From the IMG/VR virus record IMGVR_UViG_3300042346_001601: 64,000 nt of DNA, one strand, 5' to 3'. The position numbers and the translations under genes are program-made. Position 1 is the first letter of the stretch, and each line of letters opens with the position of its first letter. Source of the DNA: a virus. Lineage: Duplodnaviria; Heunggongvirae; Uroviricota; Caudoviricetes. The notes under the pieces are model-generated. The model ran no database searches, had not been told where the DNA came from, and saw only the letters and a list, made by a program, of their open reading frames with translations. Positions 36,471 through 43,893 of this stretch are shown here, piece by piece.

Positions 36471-37386
36471 TACTAACCAGTTTTTTTATTTCCCAAGGAA
36501 TGTCGTGATTGGTTCTCTCTAAGTATCTGACAAAATCTTCCACTATAGATTGTAGTTTATCGGCATGGATAAAAGTCGGTTTTTTTATTAAAGACCAGAC
36601 ATCCTCGAAGGTCTTAACATCACTCGGTCTAACACCAGAACCAAAAAGTAGATCTAGCATCTTTTGAGGATCCCTGGTGACTAGAAAGGTGCTATCTTCT
36701 AAAATTTTAGGTCGGGAGAGTCTTTTTGTTGCTCCCCGATAGGTCTTACGATTCTTATAAACGCCATCTCCTAGTTTGAGAACATACCCAGTATAATCCA
36801 TGATTTGCCCTTCTTTATCAACGGAATCTACATCCTTCAAGGCCGAAAGAATGGCCTGGAAAAGCCAATTCCTGTGGGCAGATTTATACTTGGATTCTTT
36901 TTTTCTCTGGTCCGGGGAGTAAAAAATAAATTTAGCCCAATCCATATCCGCAATTGGAATCAGATCAAGTTGAACCGTGCCGTTCTTGATGTTCCCCTCA
37001 ATGGGCCATTCAACGCTGACTATGTTGATCCCTTTAAACATTTTGATCTCCGGTTTGTAACCCAAAATGTCGGGGAGTTGGTCCTTCAGTTTCTCGGTCA
37101 TTACATCCAACACCTTGGATTCAGGAACACCCCATTTTTGGGCCAGGAAGGGTTTAGAAACTCCCAAATCCACGTCCCCGGAAGTGTCATCTGGACTTTC
37201 TTTTTTTCCAATGCTGCCAATGAGCAAAAAGTCCCTGTTTAATTTTCCATCGCCCAGCAAGGGAAAAAGGGCTTCCCCTAAGTGGGTCAAAGTTTTGGCC
37301 ACTTCATCCTCTCGGATCTTTCTAGAACTGCCAATAGCAGCCCCTCCTTCATTTAATTCCATATATTGTGTGTAGGTATAAATCAT
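36454..37386 (-). CDS. DNA-polymerase-beta-superfamily nucleotidyltransferase
   Basis: LIGSIGKK...SGDVDL (GS...DxD), third acidic residue in VQLDLIP; N-terminal YTYTQYMELNEG. Confidence 0.7.
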   Translation of the reverse strand: MIYTYTQYMELNEGGAAIGSSRKIREDEVAKTLTHLGEALFPLLGDGKLNRDFLLIGSIGKKESPDDTSGDVDLGVSKPFLAQKWGVPESKVLDVMTEKLKDQLPDILGYKPEIKMFKGINIVSVEWPIEGNIKNGTVQLDLIPIADMDWAKFIFYSPDQRKKESKYKSAHRNWLFQAILSALKDVDSVDKEGQIMDYTGYVLKLGDGVYKNRKTYRGATKRLSRPKILEDSTFLVTRDPQKMLDLLFGSGVRPSDVKTFEDVWSLIKKPTFIHADKLQSIVEDFVRYLERTNHDIPWEIKKLVSNERFP

Positions 37387-37388
37387 GC

Positions 37389-37943
37389 TCAAATATCGTA
37401 AAATCTTCTGGCCCCTTTAATGTAACTTGAATACACCCTGCCTTCTTCAGAGCTGGGAGAATCTAGATCAAAATCATCTCCAAATGTTCTTCTGCCACTA
37501 TCGTAGGCTCTACTATAGAAATCCTCATAGTCTTCTCTTGTGTTTCTGCCACTTTTTGTAATGGTTTCACCCCATTTTTCTAGCATATCTTTCTTTTGTC
37601 TCTTAAGACTCTCCAGAGAATCCCCACCTCTAAAAGGCATTTTAAAAACATCAACAATAGATTTAGCCACCTTCTGAACAAGGGACAGGCCCATTCGGAC
37701 CAATCTTAGCGGAGCTCCACTCGGATCTTCTGCCATAGCTTGAAATCTTGCTCTGGCTCCCGAATCTGAAAATTCACCAATTCCCGTTTCCGATTCTTTT
37801 CTTGAATATCGATCCTCTATCCTTCTCTCTATTTCTTCGAACTTACTCCAATCGTCCTCTTTATCAAAATTGGATCTAAACCTGCTTCTTTCTCTGTTTA
37901 TTGCCTCAGAAAACATGGAAAAGTTTTTTAATCTGGGAGTCAT
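37389..37943 (-). CDS. hypothetical protein with N-terminal RLKNFSMFSEA motif
   Basis: ATG 37943, 18 nt after GATATATA (37962-37969). Confidence 0.65.
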   Translation of the reverse strand: MTPRLKNFSMFSEAINRERSRFRSNFDKEDDWSKFEEIERRIEDRYSRKESETGIGEFSDSGARARFQAMAEDPSGAPLRLVRMGLSLVQKVAKSIVDVFKMPFRGGDSLESLKRQKKDMLEKWGETITKSGRNTREDYEDFYSRAYDSGRRTFGDDFDLDSPSSEEGRVYSSYIKGARRFYDI

Positions 37944-37961
37944 AAATCTGATTTTTTGATT

Positions 37962-37969
37962 TATATATC
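37962..37969 (-). promoter_or_regulatory. GATATATA box
   Basis: 18 nt before ATG 37943. Confidence 0.65.
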
Positions 37970-37978
37970 CCAACTTGT

Positions 37979-39502
37979 TCACAATTTAACCTTGAAGACT
38001 TTGTATTTGAATTTCTCTTTCTTATAAATTTGCATTCGAACGTCCCCGTGTTTCATCAGGTAGTTAAGGTATTTAGGAGTAGAAAAGTCATCCACAAAAT
38101 CGATTACGTTCACTTTCTCCTTGCCCTCCATTTTTCTCATACCCCTGCCCAGACTTTGCTTGATCAAAACCTCGCTTTTGTATGATTCAACCAAGAAAAT
38201 GTTATGAAGATTGTTGATCGAAATTCCAGTTGAAAATGTACCAAAGGTTGCTACCAGAATCTTATTTTCTCCGTCCTTCATTCTCTCTTTGTATTCCTCC
38301 CTTAATTTTTCATCAGTGTCTCCATCCACGTAGAAAACCTCTTTCGTACTATCTATTTCTCTCAGTCTATTCCAGATTTGCTTTCCGTATTCATCCTTTA
38401 CGGACTGAAAAAGCACCAGGGAGTTCTTGGATGTTTTCGAAATAAAATCAACGATATATGAAATTCTTTTTTCACTCTCTATCACCAATTTTCTTTCGAT
38501 GTTGTAGATGTCGTTGCCCTCTAAATTCTGGGCAGAGAATTTCAACTGGGCAAGTTTATCCTTGATCTCCTGATCTAGCCAATCGAGGATCACAACCTTA
38601 ATAGAAACAGGGGTGGCGTGGTCGTTCCGAAAAAGAAAATCAGGAGAGATCTCGACCAACACGGGGCCCAGATACTGCTGGATGGTCAGGTGATCGGCAG
38701 AAGACCGATTGGTCAAGGTTCCGGTTAGACCAAATCTCCACCCCGTGTGCATGCATTTGGATAGAATTTTTTTGATGGAAACTGAATTGGAATGGTGACA
38801 CTCGTCCACAAAAACAGCATCCACGTCCTCGAAAAATTCCTTTTCCTGCTTGACCAGAGATTGAAAGGTGCCAATGATCAGATCGCAGCCTTCTCTCATT
38901 TTACTGCCTCCTCCTATCTGTTGGATCTTAACCCCCAATTCATCGATCCCGTAGTCAATGAAATCGTCATTGCCCTGAAACACAAGGTTAGTACTAGGAA
39001 CTACAATTAAAAACTTTTTTATCATGCCCCTCTGCTTGAGAAAGGCAAAAATCATGAAGGCAATCAGTGTCTTACCCGAAGAGGTTGCTATCTCCGACAC
39101 AGAATACCTAAATTTAACAATCTTCCAGGCTGCCTCAATCTGGTAGTCCCTGGGTTTCATCTCCTTATTGGCAAAAAATTCATTGACCCAAGAGGTAAAT
39201 TCCTCCAGTGTCAGGTCTGAAAAAATAAGGTCCTCCAGTCCCTCAATCTCCACCTCGTAACCGTATTCTTTTCCTAATTTATGAATCTCCATCCAAAGAC
39301 CCGTTGGAACTTTCCACACCGGTCCTCTTTTATCGACGAAACTGATGGAACCATCCCACAGTTTTTTCTTTACCAAGGGATGAAAGAACCAATTGTTTAC
39401 CTTTCGGGTCAGAGAAATCTCAACCTGCTTTTTTTCGACTTCAGGGGTCAAAGAATTCAGTAACAACCATTGTTTATCATCTGACACTAAAAATTTTAAC
39501 AT
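37979..39502 (-). CDS. uvsW: UvsW-like SF2 DNA helicase
   Basis: PRDYQ, ATSSGKT, VDECH, GLTGT, FSTGISI, QSLGRGMR. Confidence 0.92.
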   Translation of the reverse strand: MLKFLVSDDKQWLLLNSLTPEVEKKQVEISLTRKVNNWFFHPLVKKKLWDGSISFVDKRGPVWKVPTGLWMEIHKLGKEYGYEVEIEGLEDLIFSDLTLEEFTSWVNEFFANKEMKPRDYQIEAAWKIVKFRYSVSEIATSSGKTLIAFMIFAFLKQRGMIKKFLIVVPSTNLVFQGNDDFIDYGIDELGVKIQQIGGGSKMREGCDLIIGTFQSLVKQEKEFFEDVDAVFVDECHHSNSVSIKKILSKCMHTGWRFGLTGTLTNRSSADHLTIQQYLGPVLVEISPDFLFRNDHATPVSIKVVILDWLDQEIKDKLAQLKFSAQNLEGNDIYNIERKLVIESEKRISYIVDFISKTSKNSLVLFQSVKDEYGKQIWNRLREIDSTKEVFYVDGDTDEKLREEYKERMKDGENKILVATFGTFSTGISINNLHNIFLVESYKSEVLIKQSLGRGMRKMEGKEKVNVIDFVDDFSTPKYLNYLMKHGDVRMQIYKKEKFKYKVFKVKL

Positions 39503-39511
39503 GTCTTTTCC

Positions 39512-39952
39512 TTATTTGATTGTATTACCCCTGAGGTAATCTTCCAAGGCTATTCTTTGACGGATCCCATATAGCATATGGTCTACAGTTTGAACTGTTT
39601 GATCAATATATTTTCTATGGCCCTCAACTAGTTCAATTTTCTGATTAATCTCGGCCACCTCACCCTCTATCATTGTTTTTAAATCATTAGAACCATACCG
39701 AACATCTTTGTTCTCCTGGTAATCCTTCATTTTTCTAGCCCTCTCCTGTCTTTCTTTGGAGGACAGTTTGGTAACGATGGTTGCTAACTTAAAGCCATAT
39801 TCAATCAGGATTTGTCGAGTAGTAAAAAGATCGATCTGGGCTTCCGCCACGGTATGAATGTTTTTAAGACTGAACGAAATCCCCTGAATTTTTTCTCTCC
39901 AATCGGCTCTTTCCTCTTCGAATAGTTTGACAAAATCTTTTTCTGACGACAT
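39512..39952 (-). CDS. uvsY: putative UvsY-like recombination mediator
   Basis: helical 146-aa protein directly upstream of uvsW; C-terminal DHMLYGIRQRI pattern. Confidence 0.5.
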   Translation of the reverse strand: MSSEKDFVKLFEEERADWREKIQGISFSLKNIHTVAEAQIDLFTTRQILIEYGFKLATIVTKLSSKERQERARKMKDYQENKDVRYGSNDLKTMIEGEVAEINQKIELVEGHRKYIDQTVQTVDHMLYGIRQRIALEDYLRGNTIK

Positions 39953-39956
39953 AGTG

Positions 39957-40160
39957 TTAAAATAAGCCTCCTTTGCTCTTTTTATTTTTTCCTAGCTCTA
40001 CCATCTGGCAGCGATTTACTTTTTTGACAGGTTTTGGCATTTGAAAGTTTTCTTCAATGTTTTCTAAATTGTCCAGATCTTGAACCTCGTGCAAGGTACA
40101 AGGAAATTTTAGTTTGGGAGGTGATTTTGGTTTCTCCTCTGGTGTGTAGTTGATGAACAT
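39957..40160 (-). CDS. hypothetical protein
   Basis: 67-aa ORF overlapping the primase stop by 1 nt. Confidence 0.5.
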   Translation of the reverse strand: MFINYTPEEKPKSPPKLKFPCTLHEVQDLDNLENIEENFQMPKPVKKVNRCQMVELGKNKKSKGGLF

Positions 40161-41224
40161 TAAGTTGTAACGAACGAAACTAGATCTAGTACCTCGGAGG
40201 TAAAGTATCCATCGAATCTTTTTATTTTAATTGATTTTTCTCTCAAATAATTAACTAGATCATTCAAATCCCATTTTCTATTTTCAGGTATAGAATTTTC
40301 TTCCAGAAATTTTTTCCAGTTAAAAACAGAATGTCCTTGCGTCAGAAGCTCCGATGTTTTCCTTCTGCCTGCATCATCCCAGTCATACCAATATCGGACA
40401 TCATCAAACTCGAAAGGAAATTTGTTTTCTACGGAGCAAAGGGCAACTGAATTCTTCCAAAGCCAGGCATCCATTGGCCCCTCGAAGATGGTGATGGTGT
40501 GGTCAAAAGAAACCTGAAAGAGGTTGAACACATGGGAAACTGGATCTATCTTTGTGCATTGTTTCAAGAACTCGACATCTCTAACCCCTAAAAGCTTTTC
40601 CCAAATGCCGGACAACTTGTAAGTGTAATATTTAGATCCCCCCTTTTGCAGGGACATGTTTCTCAATTGGAGACCCACCACCTCATTATGATTGGTCAAA
40701 TTAAATAGAAATAATCTCTCCTGTTTAGGGTCCCAGGCAAATCTGTGATCTGTAGGCTGATTCCTACGGCGTAAATATGATTCGACTTGAGAACCTTCTA
40801 CTTCCACTAGAGAAAGTCTTTTCATCAATTCCTTTCGGGAAATGACATATTTCTTGAAATCAAGATTGAAAAGCAGAGAAAAATCAAAAGAACCATATAA
40901 AGTTTTTCTTTTTTCTTTATTTTCTCTAATGATATCTAGAATATCTTTTTTTTCTTCTTGAGTCAAATCTGAGGCCACTCCAAAATCGCGAAAAAAAGCG
41001 TACCCATCTTTGAAAACCCCACATCCTCCGTTGTAACATTTGTAGGCAAAAGTGTTGGTGTAAAAATTGCCTCTTTTCTTTCTGGCATCGTCACTATCAC
41101 CACAATAGGGACAAGAAAAATTTAATCTATTACCGGCTTGAAAAATTTTCTGTTTTCCACCTTCACCCGGAAAGGCATTATGGAGTGAATGTCCAATCAG
41201 AGATTTAATTCTTTCTAGTTCCAT
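40160..41224 (-). CDS. gp61: DNA primase (gp61-like)
   Basis: Zn-finger NFSCPYCGDS...CYNGGC; TOPRIM IFEGPMDA, YDWDDAG, KWDLND. Confidence 0.9.
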   Translation of the reverse strand: MELERIKSLIGHSLHNAFPGEGGKQKIFQAGNRLNFSCPYCGDSDDARKKRGNFYTNTFAYKCYNGGCGVFKDGYAFFRDFGVASDLTQEEKKDILDIIRENKEKRKTLYGSFDFSLLFNLDFKKYVISRKELMKRLSLVEVEGSQVESYLRRRNQPTDHRFAWDPKQERLFLFNLTNHNEVVGLQLRNMSLQKGGSKYYTYKLSGIWEKLLGVRDVEFLKQCTKIDPVSHVFNLFQVSFDHTITIFEGPMDAWLWKNSVALCSVENKFPFEFDDVRYWYDWDDAGRRKTSELLTQGHSVFNWKKFLEENSIPENRKWDLNDLVNYLREKSIKIKRFDGYFTSEVLDLVSFVTT

Positions 41225-41238
41225 AGATCCTGTAAATT

Positions 41239-41273
41239 AAAAAAAGAGGAGAACCTCCCCAGGTTCTCCTCTT
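41239..41273 (-). terminator. intrinsic terminator after the SSB gene
   Basis: 13-bp stem AAGAGGAGAACCT/AGGTTCTCCTCTT with 4-nt loop and U-tract on the minus strand. Confidence 0.85.
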
Positions 41274-41291
41274 ACCCCAACACATTAAAAA

Positions 41292-42290
41292 TTAAAGATC
41301 TGCGTAAAGATCATCCAAAGTGGAAGCAGAGACAGGTGAAGATGGTCTCTTGATTCCTGCTTTAGTCTTTTCTTCGGGTTCTGGACTTTTGCCCACCGAG
41401 GTTGAAGAAGCTTCTTCAAAAATGTCGTTCGTCGTAGGCTGGTAAACAGGGGAAGCTGTAGGGACCGAATATCCACCTCCAGAACTTTTAGAATCTGATT
41501 TGTTAACACCAGCCAAGATTTCGTTGACTAACCTTCCATCGGGTACTGTGTTTTTAATGACATTCATTACCCTTTGAGTTGTGTCCTCGTCCCACTCTCT
41601 ATAATCGAAGGCGGTAAGATTCTTAGGACCTGTTTCCAGGTATTCAAGGATCACCCTCATATCTTCCGGTGTTTTCTTCATTTTTCTGCCATTGATTTCA
41701 ATAGGACATTTATCACCTACAAAAGAACAAAGATCGTAGTTGTTCCACTCCCCAACTTTTCTAGAGTGAACAGAGAAGAGTTTACCTCCAAACAGATCAA
41801 ATGGATTACAGGGTTCTCCGTATTCGGGTTTTAATTGGGCCTCCAGAGTTTCATTTAATTTTTTGCCAAATTTGAAGATCATGATTTTACCTTCAAGATC
41901 TGGATTGTTCTTGTCCTGAACAACTTGAATCAAGGAATAGTAATCTTCCTTTCGACTGAACCCTTTGGCCAATTCCTGATCGGCTGCAGAATGTGAATTC
42001 TTGAGCTTCCAGAAAATATCTTTTAAGATGGATTTTTTACCCACCGTTGATGGACAGTCAACTGAAAATCCCTCGCCAGTTTTTGGATCGGTCAAATACA
42101 CATAATATTTGTGGATCTTGGATTTGGCAGGATCTGCCTGATTGGGTAAAAATCTGATGAGAGATTTGTAGACTCCATCTTTACCTGATTCTGGGTAAGG
42201 CTTGTAGAATTCAAGGTCCTTGCCCTCTTTTTCCTTAGATTTCGTAATAAAATTGTCCAAATCTAAATTAAAAATGTCTAAATTTTCCAT
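41292..42290 (-). CDS. gp32: single-stranded DNA-binding protein (gp32-like)
   Basis: IRFLP, CPSTVG, IMIFKFGKK, NPFDL, WNNYD, acidic tail LDDLYADL. Confidence 0.88.
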   Translation of the reverse strand: MENLDIFNLDLDNFITKSKEKEGKDLEFYKPYPESGKDGVYKSLIRFLPNQADPAKSKIHKYYVYLTDPKTGEGFSVDCPSTVGKKSILKDIFWKLKNSHSAADQELAKGFSRKEDYYSLIQVVQDKNNPDLEGKIMIFKFGKKLNETLEAQLKPEYGEPCNPFDLFGGKLFSVHSRKVGEWNNYDLCSFVGDKCPIEINGRKMKKTPEDMRVILEYLETGPKNLTAFDYREWDEDTTQRVMNVIKNTVPDGRLVNEILAGVNKSDSKSSGGGYSVPTASPVYQPTTNDIFEEASSTSVGKSPEPEEKTKAGIKRPSSPVSASTLDDLYADL

Positions 42291-42355
42291 AATTTCTTTA
42301 ATTTTTTTAAGTTTGATCTTTTAATGGAGAGAATAATAAAAAGTTTCACCCCTTT

Positions 42356-43042
42356 TTATATATCCTTTGAAAATTTTTTTTCTGATGACATGAGGTATAG
42401 ACAGATCCAGGTGGCATCGATTAGATCATCGAGAGGCTTTTGAACTACCTTACTGGATGAGATCCAAGTGGAAGCTCCTGCTCTCAATGTATCTAAGAAA
42501 TTGTTCAGACCAGTCTCAAGATCTCTTTTTTCTAACAGGGCATGATAGAGCTCGTCTTTTTTACAGTTTCCCTTATAGGCATATTTTTTAATGGCAGTAG
42601 GAGAATAAACATAAAAGTTGTCGAAGCCAGTCCTCGTGATTATTCTTTCTCTGAGTAGGGCCGTAGCCATAGAAATATCAATTAACGAATTTCCGTTAGA
42701 GGCAAAGCTCAAACCCTCCATCGCAATCACTAGTTCATCTTCAGGCTCTAACTGAGAAATAAGATGATGCCACAGGGTGTCTACAATTTGGATGTAGTTC
42801 TGCATCTTTGCTCTTTCTTTTTCCGGATAAGAATCAGGAAATGACAATTTATTCAAAAAAAGCAAATGCACATCAGGCATTTGCTCTAAGACAGAATAGG
42901 GTTTGATTGCGGATTTAATAAGAGATTGCTGGGTTCTATCTGATCTAGTAATAGACAGCCAACTGTAGTTGCCATTTTTATACAAACAATAGGCAGGGGA
43001 ATTAAGAGAAAAATCTATCCCAACGTAAATTGGATTGGACAC
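42356..43042 (-). CDS. RuvC-like Holliday-junction resolvase / RNase H-fold nuclease
   Basis: YVGIDFSLNSPA, IAMEGLSF, PTAIKK, DDLIDA. Confidence 0.7.
   Translation of the reverse strand: MSNPIYVGIDFSLNSPAYCLYKNGNYSWLSITRSDRTQQSLIKSAIKPYSVLEQMPDVHLLFLNKLSFPDSYPEKERAKMQNYIQIVDTLWHHLISQLEPEDELVIAMEGLSFASNGNSLIDISMATALLRERIITRTGFDNFYVYSPTAIKKYAYKGNCKKDELYHALLEKRDLETGLNNFLDTLRAGASTWISSSKVVQKPLDDLIDATWICLYLMSSEKKFSKDI
42357..42364 (-). promoter_or_regulatory. GATATATA box overlapping the RuvC-like stop codon
   Basis: 66 nt before the SSB start. Confidence 0.45.
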
Positions 43043-43052
43043 CTAAACAGAT

Positions 43053-43298
43053 TTAAAGGTTTGCTGGGACTGCTTCCCCAACTTTACCCGTGTAATTATA
43101 AACTTTCACCAAATTATCGTAGCATTTTTTCATCTGCTCATCAGTAAGACAATCCACTATATCATTTAAGACCCTTTGATCGTTACCCGAGGCGGCAACT
43201 AGAAGATTTTTCATATGCTGCTTCAGGTCACTTTCCCCGTACATCGGCTGACCGTATTTCATTTCATTTACTCTGGCTAGTTCTGAGAATTTTTTCAT
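43053..43298 (-). CDS. hypothetical protein
   Basis: MKKFSELARVNE; 18 nt after GATATATA. Confidence 0.65.
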   Translation of the reverse strand: MKKFSELARVNEMKYGQPMYGESDLKQHMKNLLVAASGNDQRVLNDIVDCLTDEQMKKCYDNLVKVYNYTGKVGEAVPANL

Positions 43299-43316
43299 GG
43301 ATGTGTTTGTTTTACT

Positions 43317-43324
43317 TATATATC
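43317..43324 (-). promoter_or_regulatory. GATATATA box
   Basis: 18 nt before ATG 43298. Confidence 0.65.
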
Positions 43325-43884
43325 TAATTTGTTTTCTGGACTTCTGAATTCAGTTCCATAAAATTACATTTAAAGCCCACGGTAAAAGTTGAAACTGTAG
43401 GGGCATTAGCGGTGTAATTTAAATCAATGTTGTTGACTGAGGTAAGAGTTACTTCTTTAAAAAGAACTGAAATAACTACTCCCCCCTCATTATCTAAGAT
43501 TCGAAGAGGTAAGATAGGAGTGAACAGGGCATCGTTTTGAAAGGCCAGTTTATCTAAGACAGTTTCCAACATGATAAAGTAATTCACAAATCCTTCACTG
43601 ATCCTAAAAGAAACAGAGAAATCTCTGGAGAATAAATCCTGCACAGGGGTTGCACTCTGGTAATTAATCTGTTTGCCGAGATTTCTGGTTTGTGACACTA
43701 AATCAATGTTCATGGTCGGAAAAGAGACAGATTGAATACTGCTGTTCATATAAGAGGTCAGGGTATCGTAGGGGGTGGGCTGTTTTTTCAGATAATCAAC
43801 CCACTTGGTCTCTACCGAGCCGGGAAAAAATCCTTTCGGGAAATTGAAATAAAAACTATTCGATCTGACATTTAGTATCGCCAT
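43324..43884 (-). CDS. tail tube terminator/tail-tube-fold protein (gp3-like)
   Basis: IQSVSFP...F.VSF.ISE...YF.M...L.ILDNEG...L.Y...F pattern resembling T4 gp3. Confidence 0.5.
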   Translation of the reverse strand: MAILNVRSNSFYFNFPKGFFPGSVETKWVDYLKKQPTPYDTLTSYMNSSIQSVSFPTMNIDLVSQTRNLGKQINYQSATPVQDLFSRDFSVSFRISEGFVNYFIMLETVLDKLAFQNDALFTPILPLRILDNEGGVVISVLFKEVTLTSVNNIDLNYTANAPTVSTFTVGFKCNFMELNSEVQKTN

Positions 43885-43893
43885 GTTAATGAA

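Noticed and set aside
2015-39502. Inteins or group I introns in PolB, RNR, UvsW or topoisomerase
   Set aside because: No Cys/Ser...His-Asn splice motifs, no LAGLIDADG/HNH inserts, and protein lengths are normal
42291-42355. AT-rich leader of the SSB gene as a gp32-type autoregulatory operator
   Set aside because: Plausible by analogy to T4, but no pseudoknot or distinctive feature beyond general AT richness
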